Assembly: GCA_964407715.1 (NCBI GenBank)
Contig: CAYOWP010000007.1
Coordinates: 1-60,473 of the forward strand
DNA from: an uncultured archaeon
Lineage (GTDB): Archaea; EX4484-52; JAADEF01
DNA: 60,473 nt
Direction: 5' to 3'
Positions 1 to 9,812 of this stretch are shown here, piece by piece. Each line of letters begins with the position of its first letter. Position 1 is the first letter of the stretch. The notes under the pieces were generated by a model. That model did no database searches. It saw only the letters and a program-made list of their open reading frames with translations, and was not told where the DNA came from. The translations under genes and the position numbers were made by a program.

Positions 1-845
1 CCATGCCTTCTTTAATCAAGAAATCCACCTCATAACCCTCACGGGTTTTGTAGTAGTAGATATCTTTTTTTAATCTTTTTAGTTCCAAAAATACATTATT
101 TTCTATAAGCTTTGATAGATCATATTCTACGCTTAGTTTAGTTAAAAATCCAGTATCAGAAAAATATGTTTTACGCTCGACTTCCCGTTTTTGAAATGAT
201 TTGATGTAGTTGTTTATGTGTATTACTAGATAGGCTGAAGAAAGATAATCAAGGTAGGCAAGAACAGTAGGTAGGGAAATGTTAACAAAGGGTTTAATTT
301 TCTTTCGTAAATTGGATGCATTGTAAGGACTTCCGATCATATCTGCTAATTTTAAAGTTAGAATTTTTATGGCTATACCCTCTATTTTATACCTATAATA
401 GAGATCTCTATATAATATAGCATTCATTAATTGTGAAATTACTTCTTCCTTATATTTGGATGTTATTACTTCGTAAAACCCTCCATATCTTAGGTATTCC
501 TCCAAGTATTTTAAGATCTTAGTTTTGTTTTTTAGTATAGAAGCTGCGGAATCAAATTCTATATTTTTTAGTTTTAAGAATTCCTTAAAAGAAAAAGGAA
601 GCAGTTCTATTTCGAACACTCTTCCTGTTAAAGCTGTAGAGATTTCCTTACTTAAAAGTTTTGCATTTGATCCTGTAATAATGATATTGTAATTGCTTTC
701 ATATAACCTTCTAATAATTTTTTCCCAATTTTTTAGTTCTTGGATTTGCATATTTTTTCTTAGCCATATATAAGGCAAGAGTGGTTTTTCCTGCTCTTCT
801 AGGACCTATAATTACCTTTATATGTTTGACATTCTTTTATTAATT
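1..845 (-). pseudogene. AAA+ ATPase (AAA_14 / DUF4143 type), internally deleted and frameshifted, runs off the window edge
   Basis: Manual minus-strand translation gives Walker A GPRRAGKT (783-806) in one frame. A second frame from ATG 751 reads IQELKNW..IITGSNAKLLS..LTGR..YGGF..IEN..EVDFL and stays open to position 1. The Walker B segment and N-terminus are missing. Confidence 0.75.
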
Positions 846-1168
846 AAACTGTAAATTTAAAAAAATTATATTTTTATTAAATTTCTTTTAATATTTTTAG
901 GATTTTTACATTTTTTCTATATCATAAAACCTTTATAAACAATGCCAAAAATTCCTTTAAAATTTTTATTTTTTAACGAATTTAAAAGAAAAATTTTCAT
1001 TTTTGAACAAAAAGAAACAAAAATTTTTTTGATTTTTGATTTATAAGTAATATAGAGCATTGTTACATTTTTAAATTGAAACAGTTTCACGTTAAATTTA
1101 AATATATATATAACCTATTAATATATTATATTTTGTTGTTAATACTAATGAAATCGAGGTGAGAAAGT

Positions 1169-3829
1169 ATGCAAAGAATAAAGAGAGTAATGGCAGGTCT
1201 AGGTTCTGCCTTAATGGCAGGAGCTACATTAGCTGCTCCTGTGTTTGCAGGTAAAACAATAGGCGAGGCTTTTGGTGAGATGACACCTGCAAACACAGTT
1301 GTAGTCGTTGGAGAGAATGCAGCTGTGAGTGATGTTGTAGCAGCCATTGCTGTAGCCGCAAAATTAGGACAACACGGTGCTACTGCAACGGTAACAGGAG
1401 GTACTGCGGTAAGCGAAGTAAGCGGTGGTGTGAGCTTAGACGATCCAAGCGACAAGATTTATCTAGGAGATGAGATTAATAAAGTAAAAGATACATTAAC
1501 ATCTAAAGATTTGCCGAATATTTTAGCAAAAGGATCTTTCGAGGATGATGAGGGTGAAACATATGATTACAGTCAATACATTGAGATTGGAGATAATGTG
1601 GTGAAGTTTGTACAAGAAAATAGCGATGAAGATCCTGTAGTAGAGATAGATATGACGAGTGGAAGTGCGGGTTATACATATAAATATAAGGTAGATTTCA
1701 ACAAAGCAGTAAACTTCTTAAAGAAGGATTCTGATGGAAGAAATGTGATGGCAGGTAACACTTTAGAATTAGGAGGAATTTCCTTTACAATAAGTGCAGA
1801 GACAACTTCCGATAAGCTAGTGTTGTACAAAGCATCTGAGAGTATAACCTTAAATATGGGGGATGAGAAAACAGTTACTGTAGAAGGTAACGAGTATACT
1901 ATAAAAGTGTTAGGATTTGATACAGACAAAGATGAGGTTGTTTTAAGCGTAAATGGAGTGACGGATAGTGTAAAAGAAGGAAGATCTAGAACAATAGGAG
2001 GATTAGAGATTTATGCAAAAACAGTGACTGCATGGAATAATGGACAAGATGGAATTGCAGTATTACAAGTTGGTAGTGAGAAGATAACATTAGAGAATAA
2101 CCAACCAGTTATGGTTGGAGATGATGAGGATGAAATTGATGGAACAAATGTAGTATTTACTTGGGGCAATGGTTCAAGTAATATGTTCAGTGTTGCAGGG
2201 TTTGAGATTCAAGTAAGTTATCCAGATAGTGACAATGACTACATTGCAGCAGGAAGCGAATTTGTAGATCCTGTATTCGGAACATTTAAAGTTAAATTTG
2301 ATAGTGTTGTTCCAGATTTGAAAGATGAAAGTAGAGATGTGATAAAAGTAAAGAACGATGGAGATAGTAAGGGATATGTAGAATTTAAGGATAAAGATGG
2401 AGAGATAAGGAAAATATATTGGGCATATGATGGATCAGGTTTAAATGATGTAATATTAAGAGGATCGGATAGAGACAATGAAATTTTAGTGGTAGAAGGT
2501 GCAGAAGTAGCAGAGAAAAATATAACTTTTGTATCAACAGGAGATGAAAAATATACCCACTTATTGAAAGTTAAGGATATAAAATTAGATGATGAAGAAG
2601 GATATGTAGAATTTGAAGATGTGGTAACCGGAGAAACATATAAAACTGAGGAAGGAACTTTCCAAACAGCTGGAACAGATTCATTAGATTTGATTATTGA
2701 TGGAAAAACATACACAGTGGAATTGGTAGACGATAATTCAGATAGCGATAGTGATGGAATTGCACCAGAGATAACAGTCTCATATGATGCCGACTCAAAG
2801 ACTATTGTTTATCCAACAATTGAGTTGAACAATGGAGAAAAGTTGGCTGTTACTGATGTTGAGACAGGATTAAATCCCGGATTTGCCAATAGTGGAGATA
2901 GCGTAACTTATATCTTACCAACTGGAGAGTTGACTTTGACAGTAACAGCAGGAGATGGAACAAATTCAGATATAGTTGAAACCACAGACGGAAAGAATGT
3001 GTGTGGTGGTACAACTGTAACTGTAGGATCTATTACTTATTCCGTAACTGCCAACGGATGTGATACCGATAATGCGGTTGATGACATTACTCTTGATATA
3101 TCTATAAGTGGTGTATCAACACCAGCACTATTGCTCATTGAAGAAGAAAACGATGCACAAGATGATGCAGAAAATGCAATTGTGATATCTACCGATGACA
3201 GTGATGGAAATGATAAGATATCCTTTGATATAGATATGACAGATCCAAATGCATATGCATATGAAGGTTTAAGTACATCTAACGATGATATCTCAGCCTA
3301 CTTAGATACATATGGTACTTATGCAGAGAAAGATAGCAGTGATGACGACCACACTGTTGTAACTGTTTGGTATCCAGACACTCAGATGATAGCAAGAATA
3401 GCCGTAGGTCCAGAGCCAAAATTCGGTGCTGCTGTAAGTGGTGGAACTGCTGAGATATCATTCCCAGCTGTGAGTGCAAGCATGGCTAAATTGGATAGCG
3501 AGGTGTCAAGTGGAGATAAGAGCGGTTATAACTTAATCCTTGTTGGAGGTCCTGCAATAAACAGCTTAGTTGCTGAATTGGCAGATGCAGGTAAGACCTT
3601 AACATTAGACCAATGGAGAACAGATTATGTAAACAAGGCAATTGTACAAGTTGTTGAAGATGCATTTGCAAGCGGTAAAACCGCTTTGATCGTGGCAGGA
3701 TATGAGGCTGCAGACACCAGAAATGCAGCAGCTAAGTTGTTAAGCGGTGAGCTTGACAACAAAGAGGCTGCTGTAATTTCTGGTGACACTGTAGAAGATT
3801 TAACACTTGAAGCTAGCTCCTCTGAGTGA
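1169..3829 (+). CDS. S-layer protein (Methanococcales/DPANN type)
   Basis: 886 aa and very acidic. Signal peptide MQRIKRVMAGLGSALMAGATLAAPVFA, N-terminal VVVGENAAVSDVVAA and C-terminal NLILVGGPAINSLV...LIVAGYEAADT motifs. SD GAGGTGA at 1156-1162. Confidence 0.9.
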   Translation: MQRIKRVMAGLGSALMAGATLAAPVFAGKTIGEAFGEMTPANTVVVVGENAAVSDVVAAIAVAAKLGQHGATATVTGGTAVSEVSGGVSLDDPSDKIYLGDEINKVKDTLTSKDLPNILAKGSFEDDEGETYDYSQYIEIGDNVVKFVQENSDEDPVVEIDMTSGSAGYTYKYKVDFNKAVNFLKKDSDGRNVMAGNTLELGGISFTISAETTSDKLVLYKASESITLNMGDEKTVTVEGNEYTIKVLGFDTDKDEVVLSVNGVTDSVKEGRSRTIGGLEIYAKTVTAWNNGQDGIAVLQVGSEKITLENNQPVMVGDDEDEIDGTNVVFTWGNGSSNMFSVAGFEIQVSYPDSDNDYIAAGSEFVDPVFGTFKVKFDSVVPDLKDESRDVIKVKNDGDSKGYVEFKDKDGEIRKIYWAYDGSGLNDVILRGSDRDNEILVVEGAEVAEKNITFVSTGDEKYTHLLKVKDIKLDDEEGYVEFEDVVTGETYKTEEGTFQTAGTDSLDLIIDGKTYTVELVDDNSDSDSDGIAPEITVSYDADSKTIVYPTIELNNGEKLAVTDVETGLNPGFANSGDSVTYILPTGELTLTVTAGDGTNSDIVETTDGKNVCGGTTVTVGSITYSVTANGCDTDNAVDDITLDISISGVSTPALLLIEEENDAQDDAENAIVISTDDSDGNDKISFDIDMTDPNAYAYEGLSTSNDDISAYLDTYGTYAEKDSSDDDHTVVTVWYPDTQMIARIAVGPEPKFGAAVSGGTAEISFPAVSASMAKLDSEVSSGDKSGYNLILVGGPAINSLVAELADAGKTLTLDQWRTDYVNKAIVQVVEDAFASGKTALIVAGYEAADTRNAAAKLLSGELDNKEAAVISGDTVEDLTLEASSSE

Positions 3830-3860
3830 GGGGCTTAGCTTCTGATCTTTTTTCTTTTTT
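3809..3860 (+). terminator. Hairpin plus T-tract at the end of the S-layer gene
   Basis: GAAGCTAGCTCCTC-TGAGT-GAGGGGCTTAGCTTC followed by TTTTTTCTTTTTT. Confidence 0.7.
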
Positions 3861-3889
3861 ATATTTAAAGTACGAGGTCTAAAAGTATT

Positions 3890-4322
3890 ATTCTTTTAAT
3901 GTATCTCGGAAATTCTTGATAAATTGTGAAACATTTAAATATCTTTTAACTACTTATATTAATTATGTTGGAGGTTTCGTTGATAAGTAAGGAAGACATT
4001 ATCTCCATAAATAAAGAGATAACGAATATAACACATAATGTATTAAATTTTTCGTCATTGGATTATATAGAAAACAAGATGATTTATTTAAAGAGAAGAT
4101 TTAGAAATAAAAAGAAATCGTGATTTGTCTTTAAACAAATTAAAAAAAGTACTCAAAGAAAAGGTGATCCTAGATGAGTGAAAAAAAAATATATCAGGAG
4201 AGCGGTTTTGCATTCTAATGGAGAAATAACATATATAGAGGTTCCTTATGATAAGGTTTTGAAAGAAATTAGAAAACTATTGGAAGAGGATAAACTTCTT
4301 TTAGAGATTCTTGAGAAATTGT
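3890..4322 (+). repeat. Direct repeat copy 1 (about 430 bp; copy 2 at 7230-7717)
   Basis: Near-identical to 7230-7717 except for a 47-bp insertion plus 9-bp TSD in copy 2 and a few substitutions. Confidence 0.95.
3965..4122 (+). pseudogene. Fic/Doc-like toxin remnant (N-terminus only)
   Basis: MLEVSLISKEDIISINKEITNITHNVLNFSSLDYI resembles Doc/Fic N-termini. No HPFxxGNxR motif is present, and it stops early. Confidence 0.45.
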
Positions 4323-4324
4323 AG
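4178..4324 (+). CDS. Small hypothetical protein (48 aa), possible partner of the Fic remnant; duplicated in the second repeat copy
   Basis: Manual translation from GTG: MKKKYIRRAVLHSNGEITYIEVPYDKVLKEIRKLLEEDKLLLEILEKL*. A GGTGA SD lies upstream. Confidence 0.4.
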   Translation: MKKKYIRRAVLHSNGEITYIEVPYDKVLKEIRKLLEEDKLLLEILEKL

Positions 4325-4416
4325 ATTTTTATTGAAATTAATTATTAGACACTACTAAGATAAATCTGTGATGTTCCTAAAAACATTTAAATATATATAA
4401 GCCCTACTATTAGTAT

Positions 4417-4713
4417 ATGGTAAAAAATAATAGCGAGGATGTTATAGATATCATAATTAAAAAACTCAAGAAGAAAGGTGCCAAAAAAATAGAGATTTTT
4501 GGATCTTACGCTATCGGAGAAGAAAGAGAAGATAGTGATATAGATTTGATAGTAGAATTTAAGAATAATAGAACTCTATTAGAATTAATAGAAATAGAAC
4601 AAGAACTAAGTGAAGCTTTGAACAGAAAAATAGATATGCTTACACCTTCTTCAATCTCTCCTTTAATAATGGAAAAGATATCCAAAGAGAAAAAGGTGAT
4701 ATATAGTGAGTAA
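4417..4713 (+). CDS. Minimal nucleotidyltransferase (MNT) antitoxin
   Basis: FGSYAIGE..DSDIDL motif, 98 aa, overlaps the downstream HEPN gene. Confidence 0.9.
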   Translation: MVKNNSEDVIDIIIKKLKKKGAKKIEIFGSYAIGEEREDSDIDLIVEFKNNRTLLELIEIEQELSEALNRKIDMLTPSSISPLIMEKISKEKKVIYSE

Positions 4714-5038
4714 AAAGGATGATAAGGTTTATTTATATCATATTCTTGAATCTATAGAATGGATTGAAAGATATTTGGAATCTAGAACTTTTGAAGAATT
4801 TCAGAAGGATAAAATGCTACAAGATGCTGTTATAAGAGAACTAGAGGTAATAGGAGAGGCTGCAAAAAATATTTCAGAAGAACTCAAAAATAAATCTCCT
4901 AATATTCCGTGGAAAGCGATATCTGGTATGAGAGATAAGTTGATGCATCATTATTTTGGAGTAGATTTGTTTGCTGTATGGGAAACTGCTACTAAAGATA
5001 TTAAAAAATTAAAGAAATATATAATGAAATTGTTATAA
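4706..5038 (+). CDS. HEPN / DUF86 ribonuclease toxin
   Basis: LEVIGEAAK..IPW..ISGMRDKLMHHYFGVD (RX4H motif). Confidence 0.9.
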   Translation: MSKKDDKVYLYHILESIEWIERYLESRTFEEFQKDKMLQDAVIRELEVIGEAAKNISEELKNKSPNIPWKAISGMRDKLMHHYFGVDLFAVWETATKDIKKLKKYIMKLL

Positions 5039-5079
5039 GTAAAATGTCTTTGTATTCTGAAAAGGTTGACCTAAACTTG

Positions 5080-5130
5080 GCTTAAGCTCCTCTATGAGGA
5101 GCTTAAGCTTTGGTTTTTCTTTTTTATTTA
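5080..5130 (+). terminator. Perfect hairpin plus T-tract, paralogous to the S-layer terminator
   Basis: GCTTAAGCTCCTC-TAT-GAGGAGCTTAAGC followed by TTTGGTTTTTCTTTTTT. Confidence 0.7.
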
Positions 5131-5168
5131 AAAATTTTTTAAAATAGTGATACATACTCTGTATAAAT

Positions 5169-5699
5169 ATGATAGAAACTTTTGTTTCCAATTGGAAACT
5201 TTTGTTTCCAATATTTAAATATCCTACAAAAGGGTTAAGTTTAAGGGAAATTGCAAAGATGTCTTCTTTATCACATACTTATGTTAGAAAGAAAATTAAA
5301 CTTCTAAGTGATAAGAATATTGTTCTTATAGAAAAAAAACATAATGCTCATTATGTTTATGGAAATTATGAAAATGAAAAATTTATAGAGATGAAAAAAT
5401 TTTACAATCTTCTCTCCTTAATTAAACTTAAAGAATATTTAATAAAGGAATGTTCTCCTAGGGTTATTATTTTGTTTGGATCTTATAGTAGGGGTGAAGA
5501 TACAGAGAAGAGCGATATAGATCTATATATTGGAGATATTTCTGTGAGAATAGAGGATATTAATATGAAAAACTTTGAAGAAGAATTAAATAGAAGGATA
5601 GACTTGTTTACACAACCATTGAAAGAGTATCCTCAAGAATTAATAGAAAACATAATTAATGGTATTAAAATATATGGGTGGTTAGATATATGGTTTTAA
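5169..5699 (+). CDS. wHTH-MNT antitoxin (nucleotidyltransferase)
   Basis: N-terminal HTH (LSLREIAKMSSLSHTYV) and LFGSYSRGED..SDIDL. Confidence 0.88.
   Translation: MIETFVSNWKLLFPIFKYPTKGLSLREIAKMSSLSHTYVRKKIKLLSDKNIVLIEKKHNAHYVYGNYENEKFIEMKKFYNLLSLIKLKEYLIKECSPRVIILFGSYSRGEDTEKSDIDLYIGDISVRIEDINMKNFEEELNRRIDLFTQPLKEYPQELIENIINGIKIYGWLDIWF
5175..5212. promoter_or_regulatory. Tandem palindromic operator-like sites at the start of the wHTH-MNT gene
   Basis: GAAACTTTTGTTTCCAAT twice (5175, 5195). TTGGAAAC-TTTT-GTTTCCAA (5192-5211) is a perfect inverted repeat. Confidence 0.5.
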
Positions 5700-6091
5700 A
5701 ATTTTCTTTTTACCTTAAAAAAGGTTTTGTAAAGAAAGTTCAAAGAGATATAAATAGAAAAAATGCCTTGCTAAATATGGCAAGAAAAAGGATAGAGTAT
5801 TCTAAGAAATTAGATGATCCTAATTTTAAGTTAGAGTTTATTTATGAGGCTTTAATAGAGTACATAGAGGCGATAATGGCTGAAAAAGGATATAAGAGTT
5901 ATTCTCATGAGGCTGATATATCTTTCCTTAGAGAATTAGGGTTCAAGGAATCTGAAATAGCAAGAATGGATGAGATAAGAAGATTGAGACATAAGAGTAA
6001 ATACTATGGAGAAGTTATTAAAAAAGAAATTGTTGAAGATATTGAAAAATTTATTCTTTCTCTTATAGAGAAATTGGAAAGTTTAGTGTGA
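5678..6091 (+). CDS. HEPN-like toxin partner
   Basis: SHEA...RRLRHKSKYYG, coupled to the upstream MNT gene. Confidence 0.75.
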   Translation: MVRYMVLKFSFYLKKGFVKKVQRDINRKNALLNMARKRIEYSKKLDDPNFKLEFIYEALIEYIEAIMAEKGYKSYSHEADISFLRELGFKESEIARMDEIRRLRHKSKYYGEVIKKEIVEDIEKFILSLIEKLESLV

Positions 6092-6171
6092 TGTTGTTAT
6101 AATAAATGTTGTTGAGGGGGATTGGAAAGTGATAAACTTACTTTTTAGAAGTTCTAAAAAAGAATCAGAGA

Positions 6172-6603
6172 TTATCTCTCTAATTTCTCTATTTCCTTTA
6201 ATAATATGTTTATTAACTTTTTGCATTGGTTTATTAAGGTAATGGCCAAATCTTTTTCTATAGTATCTCCATAGTACACTAAAGAATTTCTTTTCTTGCG
6301 AAGAAAATTAAATACATCATAATACTCTTTCATATTCAATATATCCTTCAGAAAATATCCTAAGCATATGTGATTGAGTATCTTATATCCTTTTAAATAT
6401 GCTATACTTTGCAGCAACTCATTCAATGAAGTATAATAACTTTCAAATATATATTGAGCATTATGATTTGTTAATTTTATTTTATTGATAAAGTTGATTC
6501 TTCCTAATGCTATTTTCTTTAAAGAGATTGCTTTTTCTTTATCTGGAGATATTTTAATGATATGACCTTCTAATATACATTCTTCTAAACTTCCATCTGT
6601 CAT
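6172..6603 (-). CDS. HEPN-like toxin partner
   Basis: NHICL...RKKRNSLVYYG, directly downstream of a wHTH-MNT gene. Confidence 0.75.
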   Translation of the reverse strand: MTDGSLEECILEGHIIKISPDKEKAISLKKIALGRINFINKIKLTNHNAQYIFESYYTSLNELLQSIAYLKGYKILNHICLGYFLKDILNMKEYYDVFNFLRKKRNSLVYYGDTIEKDLAITLINQCKKLINILLKEIEKLER

Positions 6604-7134
6604 TTAGAACACCTTCAAAAAACCATTCAAAGTTATACCATTTATTATGTTGTTTCTTAAATGTTTGTTTTTGATATCAAATATGTTTTTATATTTATGT
6701 AATTCTATCTTCCGATTAAGTTTTTTTTCGTATTTAATTAAATTAATGTCTTTTTCTGAAGATGTCTCAACATATAAATCTATGTCACTTGATTCTATAT
6801 CTTCTCCCTTACTATATGATCCAAATAAAACTATCACAGGATTGCCATAATTTTCTTTGATTTCTTCAATCAATCCCGAGTTGTATATTGATTTAATATT
6901 AAAAAGTTTTTTTTCTATCTTGTATTCTTCACATTCTATATTAGCGGTATAGAATACTACATTTTCCATTTTGATTGTTTTCAATATTTTTTCTTTTTCA
7001 AGTTCTTTACAATACTTTATGACAGATGGTAATGGTAAAAGAGTTTTTGAAGATAGTTGTCTAACTCTCAATTTTTCAGTAGGATGAATAAAAAAATACT
7101 CTTTTATTTTTTCTTTGATATTTTTTCTTCTCAT
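6604..7134 (-). CDS. wHTH-MNT antitoxin (nucleotidyltransferase)
   Basis: LRVRQLS..LPLPSV HTH and LFGSYSKGED..SDIDL; paralogue of 5169-5699. Confidence 0.88.
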   Translation of the reverse strand: MRRKNIKEKIKEYFFIHPTEKLRVRQLSSKTLLPLPSVIKYCKELEKEKILKTIKMENVVFYTANIECEEYKIEKKLFNIKSIYNSGLIEEIKENYGNPVIVLFGSYSKGEDIESSDIDLYVETSSEKDINLIKYEKKLNRKIELHKYKNIFDIKNKHLRNNIINGITLNGFLKVF

Positions 7135-7209
7135 ATGATATAATATGTTATCATGTGATATTTAAAATTATCGTTATCCTATGTGGATAGTAACAATATC
7201 TTTATATTA

Positions 7210-7717
7210 TTAAGCGGTGAGCTTGACAAATTCTTTTAATGTATATCGGAAATTCTTGGGCATTTTAACACGCAAATAGCACTTGGAGAATTATTGGACA
7301 ATGCCAAATTCTTGAGAAATTGTGAAACATTTAAATATCTTTTAACACTTATATTAATTATGTTGGAGGTTTCGTTGATAAGTAAGGAAGACATTATCTC
7401 CATAAATAAAGAGATAACGAATATAACACATAATGTATTAAATTTTTCGTCATTGGATTATATAGAAAACAAGATGATTTATTTAAAGAGAAGATTTAGA
7501 AATAAAAAGAAATCGTGATTTGTCTTTAAACAAATTAAAAAAAGTACTCAAAGAAAAGGTGATCCTAGATGAGTGAAAAAAAAATATATCAGGAGAGCGG
7601 TTTTGCATTCTAATGGAGAAATAACATATATAGAGGTTCCTTATGATAAGGTTTTGAAAGAAATTAGAAAGCTATTAGAAGAGGATAAACTTCTTTTAGA
7701 GATTCTTGAGAAATTGT
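7210..7717 (+). repeat. Direct repeat copy 2, preceded by a 20-bp exact copy of the S-layer gene 3' region
   Basis: 7210-7229 TTAAGCGGTGAGCTTGACAA equals 3740-3759, and 7230-7717 matches 3890-4322. Confidence 0.92.
7259..7305. mobile_element. MITE A, a 47-bp deletion derivative with a perfect 9-bp TSD
   Basis: GGCATT...GAGAATTATTGGACAATGCC flanked by AAATTCTTG (7250-7258 and 7306-7314). The paralogous site at 3910-3918 has a single AAATTCTTG and no insert. Confidence 0.9.
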
Positions 7718-7775
7718 GAAACATTTAAATATTAGAAATTTATTTAAACTCTTTTAAAATAAATATTATTTCAAG

Positions 7776-8055
7776 GTGTTAATAATGTTGACTTCTAAGG
7801 AAATATTAAGTCTATTGGATAAACATGCAGAAGAGATAAAAAAATTTGGTGTTAAAAAAATAGGGTTATTCGGTTCTTATTCTAGAGATGAATCTAAAGA
7901 AGACAGCGATATTGATATAATAGTTGAATTATTAGAGGTGAAGTATGCCGCGAGAATATAAGCTATATTTAGAAGATATTCTTCGATGTATACACAAGAT
8001 CCAAGAATATACAAATGGAAAGAAAAGAAAAGATATATGTACTAAAGAGATATAA
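7776..8055 (+). pseudogene. Truncated MNT (7776-7961) plus truncated DUF86/HEPN (7945-8055)
   Basis: The MNT has LFGSYSRDE..SDIDI but lacks its C-terminal part. MPREYKLYLEDILRCIHKIQEYT is a DUF86 N-terminus that stops after 36 aa. Confidence 0.75.
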
Positions 8056-8064
8056 AATATCTTT

Positions 8065-8328
8065 ATGACAGGAAATCCTTTGTTGAATATAGTGATAGTT
8101 ATATTGGAGAGTTCTGTGAAGACATCATTGAAAATACTGGAGAATATAGTGAAGATACCTTCCTTCTTTATGGACTATGTGCAGCATGCCTCCTTATTTT
8201 CATTTGTGATACTTATAATAGCGATTTATATTTTCATATATATCATTTTCAAGACATTTTCCTCTACTATAAAGACACTTATCCTCCTTTTTATTGCATT
8301 ATTAATTTTGTTGTTGGTGTTGATATAA
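8065..8328 (+). CDS. Small membrane protein
   Basis: 87 aa with two strongly hydrophobic C-terminal segments. Confidence 0.65.
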   Translation: MTGNPLLNIVIVILESSVKTSLKILENIVKIPSFFMDYVQHASLFSFVILIIAIYIFIYIIFKTFSSTIKTLILLFIALLILLLVLI

Positions 8329-8351
8329 AGATATGTAATGAAATTGGCACT

Positions 8352-9812
8352 TTAATATGCTCTTGCAAATAATACTCTATGCTTTGCTGGCTTTCCACAA
8401 TATACGCATCTGCGATTTTTATAATTCTTATTATAACTTTCAAAAGGAATGCATCTTGATGTAGCTTTTGTTTCTTCCTTTATTTTCTCTTCACATTCAG
8501 GGTTTCCGCACCAATACGCATATGCTATTCCTTTCTTATTCTCTATCACATCTTTAAACTCCTCATATGTCTCAACCTCAATTATATGCTCTTCTAAGAA
8601 CCTCTTGCTTCTTTCATAAAGGTTCTTCTGAATTTCTTCCATCAAGGAAGGAATTTGTTTTCCTAACAAATCCAAGGATATCTGCGTTTTCTTTTGGAGA
8701 TCCCTTCTATAAATCACGACAGTGTTATTTTGAGCATCTCTTGGTCCAACCTCAACTCTTATTGGCACTCCCTTAAGATCCCACTCATTAAATTTAAAGC
8801 CTGGCGTTACATCATCCCTCAAATCAATTTCATATTCCACTCCTAAGGCTTTGATTATATTCTCCACCTTTTCAAGATACTTCAAAACAATTTCCTTGCT
8901 ATCCTGGAACCATATTGGTATTACAACAACTTGCAGAGGAGCTATCCTTGGAGGTAAAACTAAGCCGTTATTATCACCATGTACCATTACCAAAGCACCT
9001 ATTAGCCTGGTACTTACGCCCCAGGATGTCTGCCATGCATACCTTTCCTTACCTCTTTCATCCAAGAATTTAATCTCATATGCCTTAGAAAAGTTCTGAC
9101 CTAAATGATGGCTTGTTCCCATCTGCAATGCTTTCATGTCAGGCATTAAAGATTCGATGGTCGTGGTGTATAAAGCACCAGCAAATTTTTCATTTTCAGT
9201 TTTATATCCCTTTATCGTTGCAATTGCAAGCAATTCTCTGCACATTTCTTCATATAAATCGAGCATTCTCAAAACCATTTTGTCTCCTTCTTCTTTGGTT
9301 TTGTGTACTGTGTGTCCTTCTTGCCATAGGAATTCTCTTGTTCTTAAAAATAGCCTTGTGGATTTTGTTTCCCATCTAACGATGTTAGCCCATTGATTGA
9401 TCATAAAAGGCAAATCTCTATGACTCCTTATCCATTTACTAAACATCTCATACATTATAGTTTCGGAAGTGGGCCTTATAGCTAATGGCTCATCTAAATC
9501 TTTATCTCCTCCTTTTGTGACCCAAGCAACCTCAGGAACAAATCCTTCAACATGCTCTGATTCCTTACTCAATGTAGATTTAGGAATGAATAGCGGAAAG
9601 TACGCATTTTTTATACCTAATTCCTTAAACTTTTTATTTAGATACTCTTGTATCTTCTCCCATATTGCATAACCCCACGGTTTTATGACCATACATCCTT
9701 TTACCGGAGAATAATCCGCTAATCCACTCCTCAAAATTACCTGATGATACCATGTAGAGAAATCTTCTTCTTTCTTAACAGCAACTCCCAAATCTTCCTT
9801 TACTGATCCCAT
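8352..9812 (-). CDS. proS: Proline--tRNA ligase (archaeal/eukaryotic type)
   Basis: RPTSET, FLRTREFLWQEGHT, QTSWGVSTRLIG and C-terminal FARAY. Confidence 0.97.
   Translation of the reverse strand: MGSVKEDLGVAVKKEEDFSTWYHQVILRSGLADYSPVKGCMVIKPWGYAIWEKIQEYLNKKFKELGIKNAYFPLFIPKSTLSKESEHVEGFVPEVAWVTKGGDKDLDEPLAIRPTSETIMYEMFSKWIRSHRDLPFMINQWANIVRWETKSTRLFLRTREFLWQEGHTVHKTKEEGDKMVLRMLDLYEEMCRELLAIATIKGYKTENEKFAGALYTTTIESLMPDMKALQMGTSHHLGQNFSKAYEIKFLDERGKERYAWQTSWGVSTRLIGALVMVHGDNNGLVLPPRIAPLQVVVIPIWFQDSKEIVLKYLEKVENIIKALGVEYEIDLRDDVTPGFKFNEWDLKGVPIRVEVGPRDAQNNTVVIYRRDLQKKTQISLDLLGKQIPSLMEEIQKNLYERSKRFLEEHIIEVETYEEFKDVIENKKGIAYAYWCGNPECEEKIKEETKATSRCIPFESYNKNYKNRRCVYCGKPAKHRVLFARAY

Noticed and set aside
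860-1060. Very AT-rich stretch as an origin or unwinding element
   Set aside because: No initiator boxes are visible. It is adequately explained as the S-layer upstream and promoter region.
1126-3671. Minus-strand ORFs within the S-layer gene, and similar shadow ORFs across the window
   Set aside because: They are antisense shadows of well-supported genes, with Ser/Phe/Leu/Ile-rich composition and no motifs.
7294-7518. 74-aa ORF
   Set aside because: Its start lies inside MITE A. It is the Fic-like remnant with a spurious extension.
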